Positions 40,440-53,600 of a stretch of 64,000 bases of DNA are shown piece after piece. The first letter of the stretch is position 1. Every line of letters starts with the position of its first letter. The notes under the pieces were generated by a model. It saw only the letters and a list, made by a program, of their open reading frames with translations. It did not search any database and was not told where the DNA came from. Source of the stretch: Octopus vulgaris (Eukaryota); NCBI GenBank assembly GCA_951406725.2, contig OX597817.1:72850001-72914000 (forward strand), read 5' to 3'. Both the position numbers and the translations under genes were made by a program.

Positions 40440-40493
40440 TTACCTGATGAAGAGGACATTCTCTGAAAATGAATCCTTAAGATTCATTTGTTA
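40440..40493 (+). ncRNA. Hammerhead-like motif with extended stem III
   Basis: ttac-CTGATGA-agag-gacatt-ctct-GAAA-atgaatc-cttaa-gattcat-TT-gtta. Confidence 0.55.
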
Positions 40494-41524
40494 TTTGGAC
40501 AAATGAACCCCAGAAACGATAGTTTCATCTAACATGTAACCCAAAACTTATTAATACCTATTATTTTCTCTATACCATATTTTAATTTAAGTAAAAAACT
40601 TTTTTATCTATATTCCAATATTATTATGTTTATATATTTATATGTCCATGCACATTTTTAGTATTCATATATTTTGTTTTAATAATTGTAGTTTTATTGT
40701 CTTTTAAACAGTTTAATTAGCTTTAAACAGCAATGTTTATAATATTAGTTTATTACAAGTACTTTTATTAGTTCCTATTTAATGAAATTTAAGTGTATAT
40801 TACTCACTGGTAATTTAATATTATAATGTGTAGTAGCGATATATTAATAAGTGTGTAGTGTTTTATTATTAACTTTTGAATGATGAAATAATGAATTTCA
40901 TAAAAATATCAGTTAAATTAATTTCAATCGTGTTTTGTTTTGGATAAAATTTTATGGAAGACCGGTGGGATTATTATTTATATGGACTTAAAGATGGATC
41001 ACAATTTAGCATATAGTTTAGTTATTGCAGATTACCATTAATATCAAAACAATGTATGACTTAATAGAGTTGTTGCTGTTTAATTACATATTTTGGAGTG
41101 GTTGTAAATTATTTATGGAATTTATTTATCGATACGGTTGTGCATAGGGTAAATGTGTTTGAAAGTTGTGGTTTCTTTGGTTTGTTTGTTCCCAAACAAC
41201 ACTTATTTTAGTGCTGTTGACAACACCAGATTGAATGGTACTGCTCAGGTGTCGAAACCATAATGATATCTGTGAGGCAGCTGATGATGGAGGTATGTTG
41301 GATTGTTGGTATGGCTGTGGAATAGTATTATAATACATCCTTATTATACACACACACACACACATACCAGAATGCTATAAATTTGCAAGTAAAGAGTATA
41401 GTTGACTGAATAATAGACTTCCTGCCCATACATCATTTAGTATTTTACTGGTACTTAATTTGCTGATCACAGGAGAGGGGGAAGAAATGAAATGCAAAAG
41501 TCAGCCTTAATGAAACTTGCTTTG

Positions 41525-41584
<60 letters not shown>

Positions 41585-43506
41585 ACTGGTAGTTTTTTTT
41601 TTCTATTCTGCCACTGCGCTAACAAATAGCAAAAGTGGGAGTAAAATATAAACTTTCTCTCTTTTTTACCTGTAGGGGCTGGAGGAAGAGACAGCTCACA
41701 TTACTTTTGTGGATCCTTCAAGATCAGTGAGTTTAATACCCAATAATATTCCATTTAAACTGTTGCAAGCCAGCATTTGCAGGAAAGATATAAGCAGGAA
41801 GATGATTCCAGAAGTTTGATGTTCTGAGAAGGAAAGTCTGGACATTGTGGTTCATGCAAGGTTACAGAGGTGGGAGTGGGTAGAAGCAACAAGGTGGAAA
41901 AGTGGGTGTTTGGCAGTGCCTGATTGGAGCACATAAAAGACTGACCAGCTACAAAGAACAGAAGCCATTTTAGTAGTGACAGGAAAGACAGAGAGGAGAG
42001 ACTATGCTTGTGAGTCAGAGTGTGTCTGTTGGTGATTTAACACCCTGCTGAAAATAGCAACTAAATCCCTTTCAAACTGCACACAATTGCCTTTAACAAT
42101 AAATAAATAAATAAACAAATAAGATGGATGCATTATACAATATAGTCTGAGATAAACTATGTCTGGAAAGACAGGATGTTCTTGGTTGAAATGCATTTGA
42201 TAATAGGTCTACTTGATCTGAACTGACTTGGGGCTAAACATCAAATAGCAGCAGCATGGGGACGATGATATTTTTATGCCACAGCTGGCTCTGAAGCAAG
42301 GCACATCTGGTCACTTGTTATTAATGTTCCACCTCAAAACATTAAACTGGAAACTATAAATATTGCTGAAGTGTTGCTTGCCTACCTAGAGACAAAATAC
42401 ATACCTCATGAGCTTGTGCATTAATATACAAACATAGTGGTAGATGATAAATGTATTTCAATGCACTAACATGACATATCTCTATGAATACTAATGTACT
42501 GATGTGCATGAAAACAGATGCATTAAGAACAAATGGAAGCAATTTAAAAATGTGACTTGATGTATGTATGTATGCATAAGTAGATAAATAAGAAGCTCAT
42601 AAAACTATTACGGCAGATGTTTTCTTTCTTACTTGATTGATTATTATGATGATGATAATCTTTTAATATCCTTGTTTCATGCAGGCAAGGGTCGAATGCT
42701 CCGAGGACTGCATTGGGTTGTTTTCTATAGCTGGATACCCTTCTGAATGCCAACTACTTTACAAAGCATACAGGGTGCTTTTTTCATGTCACCAGTACTG
42801 GTGAGATTACCATCCAGCTTGCAAAACTAAGCTGGATGGCAACCATCTGAGTGGAACACGGAGATAGGCACAAGGCCAGCAATTTTGATGGGGGAGGAGT
42901 AGAACATACCACTGACCCTAATACTTTACTCAAAATTTATTTTATTGACCCATCTATATAATAGATAGGACATGGTCTGAATAAGGACTGATTCAGACAA
43001 TGATGACCTGTCCAAACAATGCCAGTATGGAAAGTGGATGAATGATGATAATGAAACACAACACACACCATCACCATTCATTCTTTTTGTATGTCCATTT
43101 TTACAAGCTAGCATAGATTAAATAAATACATGCTGTAGAAGCATTATTTTACAGCTGGATGCTTTCTTCTACTAACCCTTATTTGCATTTTAAGAAGGGC
43201 AATTTTCATTCCATTTGTCAACAAAAGGGCAGAAATATCAGATGATTTGTTGACAAGGAAATGACAACAGATAACACCAGCTACAGTTCAGTGCTTTTTC
43301 ATGCATTTATAGATTATAAACATTCTTGTATGTATGTACGTACACATACACATACAGAGTTTTGTAGAGTTGCTATCAACTAAATTCACCCAAAGATATT
43401 GGTTCATCTAGGGCTATAGTAGAAACACTTGCCCAAGATGCCATGCAGTAGGACTGAATTCAAAACTATGTGGTTGTGAAATGAACTTCTTAAATATACA
43501 GCCATG

Positions 43507-43541
<35 letters not shown>

Positions 43542-43649
43542 ATCCCCCCACAATGGTAAAAAAAATACACAAGAAAAAACAACAGCACAAGGACGTGGTA
43601 CATGCAAAGTATATATATATATGTATATATATATGGACATTAAAATATC

Positions 43650-43689
<40 letters not shown>

Positions 43690-44133
43690 GATATTTTAAT
43701 GTCCATCTTTCATGTTGGCATGGGTTGAACAGTTTGCCAGGATCTGAGGGTCCAAGGATAGCATCATGCTTCAGCATAGTTTCTATGGCTGGATGCACTT
43801 TCTAATGCCAACCATTTTACAGAGTGCACACACACACACACACACACATATAAATGCAGATAACTGAAATAATCTGGTACTGAAAAAGTGATGCTCTCTG
43901 TTCTGAGATTAATGCACTGTCACTGTGCAGTGACCATTGCTAAGAAATTTAACTCTGGCCAACTCATTTTATCTCCTGACAAATGTCCTGTTATTTTCCA
44001 TTGAACAAAAGTGGAAGAGATTCACTGTTCCACTGGTAGTGTCTACATGGCCAAAATCAACTATGTAGTGGCCAGGGTCTAAAAATATGGTGTGAGTGTA
44101 TGTATACACAAACATAAATACTTGAATCTGTAG

Positions 44134-44172
<39 letters not shown>

Positions 44173-44175
44173 ACT

Positions 44176-44218
<43 letters not shown>

Positions 44219-44241
44219 GAGGAGGAGGAGAAAAAACTTAC

Positions 44242-44310
44242 CTTTTCTTTTCACCCAGGTAATCCAACAGAAAAGTAACGACAGCACCAATGCTTACAAA
44301 GCATAACAAC
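44242..44310 (-). CDS. Internal exon A (69 nt) of a NEF1-like multi-pass membrane protein gene
   Basis: Minus strand reads ctctctgttgcag|GTTGTTATG...GAAAAGAAAAG|gtaagt, with a canonical acceptor and donor. The frame is open: LLCFVSIGAVVTFLLDYLGEKK. It ends in phase 2 (AG) and joins exon B as AGA=R. Confidence 0.85.
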
Positions 44311-45646
44311 CTGCAACAGAGAGAGAGAATGAAAATGAGACAATGATGATGAAGGCAATACCAATGAAAAAGATGAAATTATGTCTGAAGACAAAAATAA
44401 AGATGAAGATGATAATGAAGAAAGAGATCAAGAGGAATAATGCTGTCTCTATTTGAAACCAGTATTGACCTCAAATTTATTTTTATTTATTCTAATACAT
44501 CCATTTTATCTGTTTGATCCATTTAAACTTATTTTTGACTACTTTACACTAATTTTATTTCTTTAGTATATTTAGGCACGTTACTCTGATGACAATTTCA
44601 GAATAATTTGTTTACTCTTTACAATTTTCTTGAAACTGTATGTCTCTACTTCAGTTTGAATGCCAACTGTCATCTTTTCTATCAGGTTTTCATAAACACA
44701 AAAAGAATCTTTAAAATTGAGTAGTGGCATCAGCAAAAATCTGGCCAATAGAAATACATTCAAGACTTTCAAGTGATGATGTAATCATAGATCTGCCCAA
44801 TCAAATTTGTTTTGGAGTATAATAAAAGAAATTATGTCTGAAGACAAAATACAGAGAGCTTGACAGAAAGTCTGAATGTCAGAAACTTAGTGATATGAGC
44901 AGCAAAACAAGACAGCTACAAAATTCTTCCATTTGGCAGAGTTTCCAGAGTTGTGATTGTCAAAATGCTCTGTTGCAAAAAGAAGCATCTACACCAACAT
45001 TACACTCACCACTTTCACAGGCATATTCTTATTTTTCCTTGAACACACATTTTCCCACAATGAACAGAACTCTCCAATGTCACTTTGTTTTCTTTTCTTG
45101 GAAAAGTTGTGTTCTATGTAAATTCTTAATAAAACAGATGATGAACTGAAAACAAAAAGTCTACTTTTTTCATTCATCCAGTATGTCACCCAATTTACAG
45201 TTTTTAAAAATTGAACATTTGTATATTAGAGTGGTACTGATGTGCAGCCTTAACATCATTCTTTATGTTTTACATATCAACACGTGATCCTTCAGGATAA
45301 AAAAAAAACTAAAAAAAACTTGGGTGCTTACAAAATAAAAAAGGGCATTGTCTTTTTCTGGTTAGTGCTAGTCAGGTGACAAGATACTCTCATTTAAGTT
45401 TCTCTGTTCATATTTTTCTCAGTTGAGGATCACATATAGTGAAAAATTCTAAGTGGTGAATTAATATAAACCACTACATGCATTCAGTTCTTTACTCTCA
45501 TTTGCTTCTCTAAACCTATGTACACTGGTAGATTGTTAAAATGTCAGACAAATAACTTTCAGTCCTTCAGTACTTCATCCCATGTCGTCCTCTTCAATGT
45601 GTCCAATCCACTCTGGGAGATCAGCACTTCTTTATGGAGCTGCTGG

Positions 45647-45682
<36 letters not shown>

Positions 45683-47959
45683 CATGAAAAATTATATCAG
45701 CTGCATAATAAATAAAAATACGACACAAATCCATTCATACTGAGTTACATAGTAACACAATTTCTTTCAGATATTGGGAAATGCAAAATACATTTAAAAA
45801 CTGACTGCACATGCAGAGAAAAATTTCATTTCCATTAACATTTTAGTTAAATATTAGATCGAATGTTACTTCCAAGAATATAACACAATAGGAGAGTGGG
45901 CTGCTTGCTGAACATATTTCTGCTTGATCTTTTTTTCCCTTTTTTTTTCACTTTATATTGATGTCTTTTTACTTGCAAATTGTTCAGTCATGAAGTAAAG
46001 GTGGAACCTATTGTCAGTCAGACTTACTGAGAACACAATGGATGCAGGAATTAAGAAATGCTGAGAAGAGACATAAAAACAACAACCACAACAACAATCA
46101 TTGCTATATTGATGAACTAAAATATTTTGTGATCAGATTTTGGCAGTTAGTTGCTAAACACATTTCAGAGGAGAAATATTTTGAATATATTATGATAATT
46201 TGTTTTAAAAGAAGCAGAACTTTATTAATAACAAAGTGGGAATTCCCTAGTAAAGACAATTTCCAATGAACTAGATTTTTTATATGTAAATATGCCCTAT
46301 TAGCAGGCCAAACTCACTGTGTTAAAGTTATCAAGCCTCCAGTACAGTTTGAATGAAAGGTCTTCTCACTGCAACCATCTCATCTTTTATCAGACCTATT
46401 GAATTTAGGACTAATCCCCACCATTGCACTGCTACTGCACAATTTTATCTTTTACTAATGTTGTGGGGGTTACAAGAAACTCTCTGATACTATTCAGTTC
46501 AAAACAAAATAGAAAAAGGAGATAAGAGTGAAGTGATAATGCCTAGGGATTTCCATATACCTTTCAAAGTGGAGTTCAAAGGATCCCCAATGAGTAAGAA
46601 CATATGAAAGTATTCTCAGCTTGAGAATAAGGTAAGGAGACAGGCAGAGCTGGTGTGCCACAAACCGGCTCACAGGTTGTGAATGCAGTAGATGAGAAAA
46701 AGGAATATTAGACTTGGCCAGAGATATTAGTACTGATACTGACTCTTGGTTTGGCATCACCTTTGCAGTAGAATACAGACAAGTAGTAAGCATGGAAATA
46801 ATCTGCAACAACAGGTCAGACTAGACCTTCAAGCATTGATGAGCCTTGGAGATCTCAGTTCTATCCTAGAGATTGATCACATTAGAAGTGCAGAAGAGAA
46901 AGAAAGCTACTTATATTCATAGTTAGAAAGGTTGCTTGAGGGCTTTCTGTCCAAAAGAAGAGTGAGGGGAAAATAAAGAAGGTTGCTAATAACAGCAGAG
47001 ATGGCAATACTAGCAAGCATATGTGGTGAAGACCATATCTGATGCTGTTACTGTTCCCACAGCACTAATGGTTCCATCTCTAAGAATAGTTCATAGAAGC
47101 AACAACAAAATTGTTTCTTTCTCAGTGCCACTGGCGTCAGAAATTGCTGAAGTGGGATACTGAAGAGGATGATGATGATGACAACAGCAACATTAATATA
47201 AACCCAAATATTTTCATTATAGATTTTAAGTAGAAATCAACAGAAACAATATGTATTTTTCGGTTTTTTCTTACTTTCCAGAAAGTGAAAATAGAAATTT
47301 AATACTTGAAAATTCTAATGAATTAACCACCAATCAGAAGGCAAGAAATGGTGAGAAACAAAAATCTCCGTAACAAAACATTCTGCATTTATATCTTAAA
47401 AACAGAACACTCTCCTTCAGAAAAATTCTGAAGACAAAAAAATAAGCAAAAGTATGAGACCGAGCCAAAATCAAAAACCAAACTTTTTAAAATACAAATT
47501 TATTCTTTTAACCAGACTTGATCTCCTTAAAATAATTCCTTACATTATTATCACACTGCTCTCAAGAACACATTTCTGAAGTAGTCTGCAGTTCCTATAA
47601 AAAAATTTGTTTTGATGTATTCTATCATTTGTAATCAGATTATCTTTCAAAGTAGATTTCAACTCTGGGAGAAAAAAACCCCTCAAAAGTCTAACCCAAA
47701 GAGTAGGGCAACTGAAGAGAAAGGAGTTGTTCCATGCTTTAACAATGACAGCCTTTTGTGTTGACATCATAGCTACATGCGTTTTGTCATCTCTTATGAC
47801 ATTTTCACAAAGTTTTTATCAGCATTTGAACAATCAAACACCTCCTGACTGACTGTGAGTTGGTGTTCCTCTTTGTTCATCTGTCAGTAGACACAGTCTA
47901 AATTTTGTAGCAAAATGATGCATTGTCAATTTTTCTTATAAAATCTTATGACAAACTTT

Positions 47960-48105
47960 TACAGATGCCTACTTCAAAAACAACATGGAGAAGGTCCACA
48001 GAAACTGAAGCACTGGCAGGAGGTTATACCTGGGGACAACTAGAATTCATTGTCAAAGATCAAGATAGATGGAGATCTCAAGCTGGTTACCTATGCTCCA
48101 CATGA
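47960..48105 (+). mobile_element. RTE-clade LINE 3' fragment
   Basis: KTTWRRSTETE...TWGQLE...DQDRWRS resembles an RTE ORF C-terminus. Confidence 0.6.
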
Positions 48106-48616
48106 AGTCAAAATGGAATTAATAGGACTCTAGAAATTTCAAAGACAAATAGGGATGATTTTCAGGGATTTTCACTTTCATAAAGTGATCATTATTCTTT
48201 GCTGTGGAAAGATTTGGGATCATCTTCAGTGGATGTCCTTCTCAATTTGAAAAAGTTTTATTTCATTTTATTATTATTATTATTTTTTTTTACTGGTGAG
48301 AAATTACAGAACTCAAATAATCCTTCCAGTGGGCCTGTAGCAAAATTAAAAAAGTATTTAAGTTTTTCCCAAATTGAAGCAGAATTTCACATAAGCACAT
48401 TGCTATTTCAGATTGTTCATTGTTCCACTAAATTGTCTCAAGGATACATAAATTGATAGCTAACTGACTTGGGATGATGTAGCCATTATTAAACTAAAGG
48501 TGAAGGTTACTTATGTACAGTACTGAAATCTAAGTGTCCTTGACATTTCATTTAATAGCAGTGCCAGCTGGTTGCAAGCTGTTTTAAAAGTTCAGTTTCT
48601 TTCAGAACAAGCCTCA

Positions 48617-48770
<154 letters not shown>

Positions 48771-51489
48771 AGAGAATGTGCATATGTGTGTGTGTGTTGG
48801 TATGTATATATCACCACCACCATTGTTTTAACATCCAGTTTTCCATGCTTCATGGGTCAGATGGAATTCATTGAAGCAGATTTCTTTCATGTCACCAACC
48901 CTCACCTATGATCAAGCAAGGTATTTCACCCACTTCCTTGGCCAGATATGTTTCCACAGCAGATTGGAAATGAACAACACTACTTAAATGTGACAACATT
49001 TACAACTAACATGTGATGTCAAAACAAAGAACACACGTACAAAGGCATGCATACATTTACACACACATATGACAGGACTTCTCTTTCCATTTGTGTCAAC
49101 CAAATCCACTCACAATACTTTAGTTGGCTGAAACAACTGTAGAAGACACTTCCCCAAGGTGTCATGCAGGAAGACTGAACTTGAAACCATGTGGTTCAGA
49201 AGCAAACTTTTAACCACACAGCCTTGTCAGTGCCTACATGCACATACACATGAATGCATGCAGGGTAAAACCATGATTAGCCTGGTTAATTCATCCATGA
49301 AAATACTGTACTAATTGAAACAGAGCAACTGAATATAATGACATGAAAACAATACAGAATAGTTCAAGAATTTCCAAAACAGTTTTTTTCTAAACCATAT
49401 TTGAAAATAATATGACATAAGATAATGGAAATGGGTGCATATTATTCAACAGTTTATGATAAATTTTATATTACACTTTACTGTAGTGTACACACACATA
49501 CAATAAATAGTAGGTAAATAATATATATTTACAAATTTATTTCTTAGATGAAATACCATACTTTCCAGCAGACAAGTCAAGGTAGATTTTTCAGTAAAAA
49601 AAAAAAAAAAAAATTAATTAAAAAAAAAAATGAAAATCAAAGTTATACTCATTATATAAGTCAACCCACTTTCTCCCAAATAATTATCCACCAGAGCTTT
49701 TTCTTTGACCTACCATTTTTGGCTGAAATTTTGGTCTGAAAAATTTAACTTATGCGCCAGAAGATATAGCAACCATTCATTGAAATGACATTTTTATCTC
49801 TTCCTCTCTTTCACTGCATGCACCTGTGGCTACATGCATATCTGTAGCTGCAAAATTTTGTGTCCAATTTTGTTGAAATTACATGTTATGAAGTGAGAAT
49901 TAAAATCTGTTATTAATGGTTTGAAATCTTCAAATCTGCAACACACTCAACGAAACTAAATTCCAGCCTTTGCTTTCATGTGTAGTTCATTTTGATCGAT
50001 TCTTGACTATATACTTCTTTACATACATGCTGTAGATCCAAATTAAGAATGTCTCAATCAGTTAACTCTTTCAAATGTGATTCAAGTAAATCACGAACAT
50101 ATTTATCAGCTTTTCTGTTGAAACCAAGCCCTCTTTCCATTGTTAGCTATTGCTCCATTAATTTCTTTATGTTGGGTAAGATCAACAGAATCATTAGCAC
50201 AATGAGGTAAAATGCTCCAATCAGATCTCATGTCATATGTTGTTACTGTTTCCTTATGATTACTGAATATTTTCAATGACATTTACTATAATTGAACACT
50301 TTTCAAAATTCTACCAATGAAACAACCTTTCTCTCATTGTGAGATAAATTGATTGTGAAAATATTCCTCTAAAATAAATTAAAAAATAAAAACAAACCTT
50401 AGAAGTAGCAGTTATACTATTTTGGGGTTACAACACTCGGCAGGATAGTAACTTGTTAATCAATCACACTAAGCTTGATACTTCAATATTTCTACGGAAA
50501 TATCTTTTCAATTTGTATTGCATAATAGAATAATTTACTATGCCACAACAAAGTATTTATTCACAGTATGTTATATATATGTGTGTGTATGCCTATAAAT
50601 ACACAGGTACGCATACACACACACGTACTATACATATATTATATACTAGCTTAAAAGCCACAATCTGTGCGGACTTGTAAGCTAGCTCCTGTGGAAGGCT
50701 AATTTGGTTTGTGACCCAAAACTAAAAAGAGCTAAATAGCATGACTATATGCTCCAGTGGTGTTTGATCAGAGGTTAAGGACGGGTGAGAATTAATTCTG
50801 TTATGCAATCATTCTATTGTTCCAGTCCCAAATTGAATTCCAACTGTCAGCCAATTTGTCCCAAAGTTCTTATCTCGACATCAAATTAACAAAACAAATG
50901 TCATTTATCTCCCCCTTGATCTTTGATGTCATCTGACAAACGTCATCCAATATAGCATGAATCGGCCAAGATTTACCTACTAGAAATAGCAACCCAAAGG
51001 TTTTTAAATCAGATCCCAATGCTGGATGCCCAAGAGCCAAACGAGAGGCAGATTTTCAATCCTGGGATCATCCTGATTCCAAACAGGTATAATATGTTTA
51101 TGTAAAGCAAATGTAGACTGAGACACAAGGGTCCCAGATGAACAGAAAGGATTCTGCATTTCTTAATATATATCATATATCATCATCATCATCATCGTTT
51201 AACGTCTGATTTCCGCGCTAGCACGGGTTGGACATATATATATATATATATAGTTTAAAAATAGGATAAAATCTTTATAAGAATTTATCAAGTAGTTAGT
51301 GTGAAAAACCTCATAAGGGAAAAATTTATTAATTATTCCTTTTAAATATATTTATTTATATTAAGGGCATTACTATACAGAAATGCCTCACGCTAGGAGA
51401 GACTCTTAAAGTCAGAACTACTATAATAAATACATTGTGCCTAACGCAAGGGGAATGCAACTCTCAAAGCGAGCCTTTTAAAAACAGAT

Positions 51490-51531
<42 letters not shown>

Positions 51532-51620
51532 GAGAGAGAGAGAGAGATCTACATTGTGCATATATATATATATCAACCTCGTGTCGATATCTACGTGAAG
51601 TTCTGCAAATTAGATTTTGC

Positions 51621-51712
51621 ATAGACGATCATACTGATGATCTACAGATAAATTATGTAAGTAGAATTACATAATTTGTTGATAGTGAAACAATTGTTTA
51701 TGATTAATCTAT
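51621..51712 (+). ncRNA. Type I hammerhead ribozyme motif
   Basis: gatcata-CTGATGA-tcta...ataaattatgtaa/ttacataatttgt...tagt-GAAA-CAATTG-TT-tatgatt. Stem I is 7 bp, with an ataga/tctat extension. Confidence 0.7.
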
Positions 51713-51853
51713 ATTTTTGTTACTTTTCATTTGTCTTTCTCGCTTACGTTTCTGGTGTGCTAAATTTTCTGGAGAACAATTCTTAGTGGTCAAGACCATA
51801 GCGGATCTTCTAGCGTAAGGGTTTCCACATAGTGGTAAAAAATTACCTCTTAC

Positions 51854-51894
<41 letters not shown>

Positions 51895-51895
<1 letters not shown>

Positions 51896-52145
51896 GCACA
51901 GTACTGCAATAGTCTGGGTTTTAAGGACCTGCAATTGTTCAACATCCTTCCAGACAACCTTCAAGATCTACATTGTGTTGATGTGGAAGTTTTCAAGGAA
52001 CGTCTGGACAGGTTTCTGTCTGAGATACCAGATGAACCCACATCGAAGCAGAAGACACAAAGAAGAGCAACTCCATCTAACTCGCTACTTCACCAAAAAC
52101 AATATCAGAAACAACACCAAGTAACTACACGTGCTGCACCAGCAT
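51895..52145 (+). mobile_element. CR1/L2-type LINE 3' fragment
   Basis: FNILPDNLQDLHCVDVEVFKERLDRFLSEIPDEP is a typical ORF2 C-terminus. Confidence 0.75.
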
Positions 52146-52231
52146 GACTTCAGCCCTGGGCTGAAACTAGTAAAAGATAAAGATATATATATATAAAATC
52201 AAAACAAGCAGCAAGGATATCCAGAGATAAT

Positions 52232-52311
52232 GCAGTATGACTGTTTCATGCAACTCCATTTAATTGAACAATGCAATCATTACATCAATTTAAAAAGCAA
52301 TCTTCAGCTAA
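52232..52311 (-). ncRNA. Degenerate hammerhead motif
   Basis: The minus strand reads tag-CTGAAGA-ttgc...gcat-GAAA-cagtca-TA-ctg. The stems are partly mutated. Confidence 0.5.
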
Positions 52312-52399
52312 CTTTGATTTTAATCACCTTACTTTGAAATTTTATGTATAATACCATACTAAATTCTGGTGCCTCAACTTAAGTACCATATTCATCTGA

Positions 52400-52439
<40 letters not shown>

Positions 52440-52440
52440 G

Positions 52441-52545
52441 AATTTCAATTTTTAGTGTGTGTATTTATTGCACATTTTTAATTTATTGATGTGAGTAGCT
52501 AGTGTGGTTGAATTTTTTTTGTTTCATGATTGCTAAATGAATTTG
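52441..52545. repeat. 105-bp direct duplicate of 53227-53331
   Basis: Both copies read aatttcaatttttagtgtgtg...gctaaatgaatttg. Confidence 0.95.
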
Positions 52546-52789
52546 AAATTGTTAAAATCCTTCACAATATACATAGATGCGTTCACATATATGTGATATG
52601 GCAAAAATTCATAAGAATTTATAAATATACAAAAATTCATGAATATATAAAAATTTATAAATATATAAAAATTTATAAACATATACATATAAATACATAG
52701 ATGTACTTGCAAGGTTGAATGTCTATATTAAAATCAATGAGAAGGGTAGATGAGAAAGTTAGTATAAAATGATTTAAGAGGAATCCTGA

Positions 52790-53600
52790 ATAAGAGTAAA
52801 GTCTGACAGCTATTTCGGGAAGATATAGGTTGATATGGACGAGTTAACTCCAACCATAGCAATTATCTATACTTCTCTCATCAGAGTTAAAAGATTCAAA
52901 GAGTTGTTAAAATTTTAAGAGATGTGAAAGATTTGAGAAGTTTTTAAAAAACGAATGCTTTGTTGGGCCATATTGTTCATGCGGATGGTATAATTAGAAT
53001 TAAAATTATATGTTATGATACAATACAACGCTATATATAATAATATTTTCAAATGAATCCAAAATATGAAGAGTGACTAGATTAAAATCCTATAGGCTAA
53101 TCATTTTTGGGGAAGAATTTAAAAGTTGAAAGATATTTATGTCTACAGGTTATATGACATCAGATATCTTATTAAGTAAGCTTTTTTTGTTGGCATGGAG
53201 TATGTGGATCGCCTCCTTCATGCATAAATTTCAATTTTTAGTGTGTGTATTTATTGCACATTTTTAATTTATTGATGTGAGTAGCTAGTGTGGTTGAATT
53301 TTTTTTGTTTCATGATTGCTAAATGAATTTGTCGGTGCCCTATATCTAATCTTAAAATCAGTCATATTCCCTATATATATCTTTTTAGGTTCATTAAGGG
53401 TTGAAACCTCAACTTTATATATGACATTTCTCCTTAAACAGAATCCTTTTAAGGGACATAGCTTCCTATTACAACAATTACATGCTTTATTTCCAGGTTT
53501 AGCCTTTCTGTTTTTAATATCAGAGTTCTTATTGTTCTTCATATTCCTGAAGCTCTATTAGAGCGTTAATTAGTTGTGTTGTATAAAGTGGATAACTATA
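52790..53600 (-). mobile_element. Penelope-like retroelement 3' remnant (GIY-YIG endonuclease plus hammerhead-bearing 3' region)
   Basis: ORF 53285-53542 reads CNC..KLCPLKGFCL..NVIYKVEV...KIYIG...FKIRY...SF, i.e. a Cys-rich linker plus a GIY-YIG motif. A hammerhead motif lies downstream at 52803-52886. Confidence 0.85.
52803..52886 (-). ncRNA. Penelope-associated hammerhead motif
   Basis: The minus strand reads ct-CTGATGA-gagaag...cttccc-GAAA-tagctg-TC-ag, the same architecture as 8031-8138. Confidence 0.65.

Noticed and set aside
47600-47800. Possible minus-strand mariner fragment (FFLPELKSTLK)
   Set aside because: Too degenerate, and no TIRs were found.
50646-50800. Helitron-like 3' end (hairpin plus CTAG) on the minus strand
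   Set aside because: No 5' TC end could be defined.
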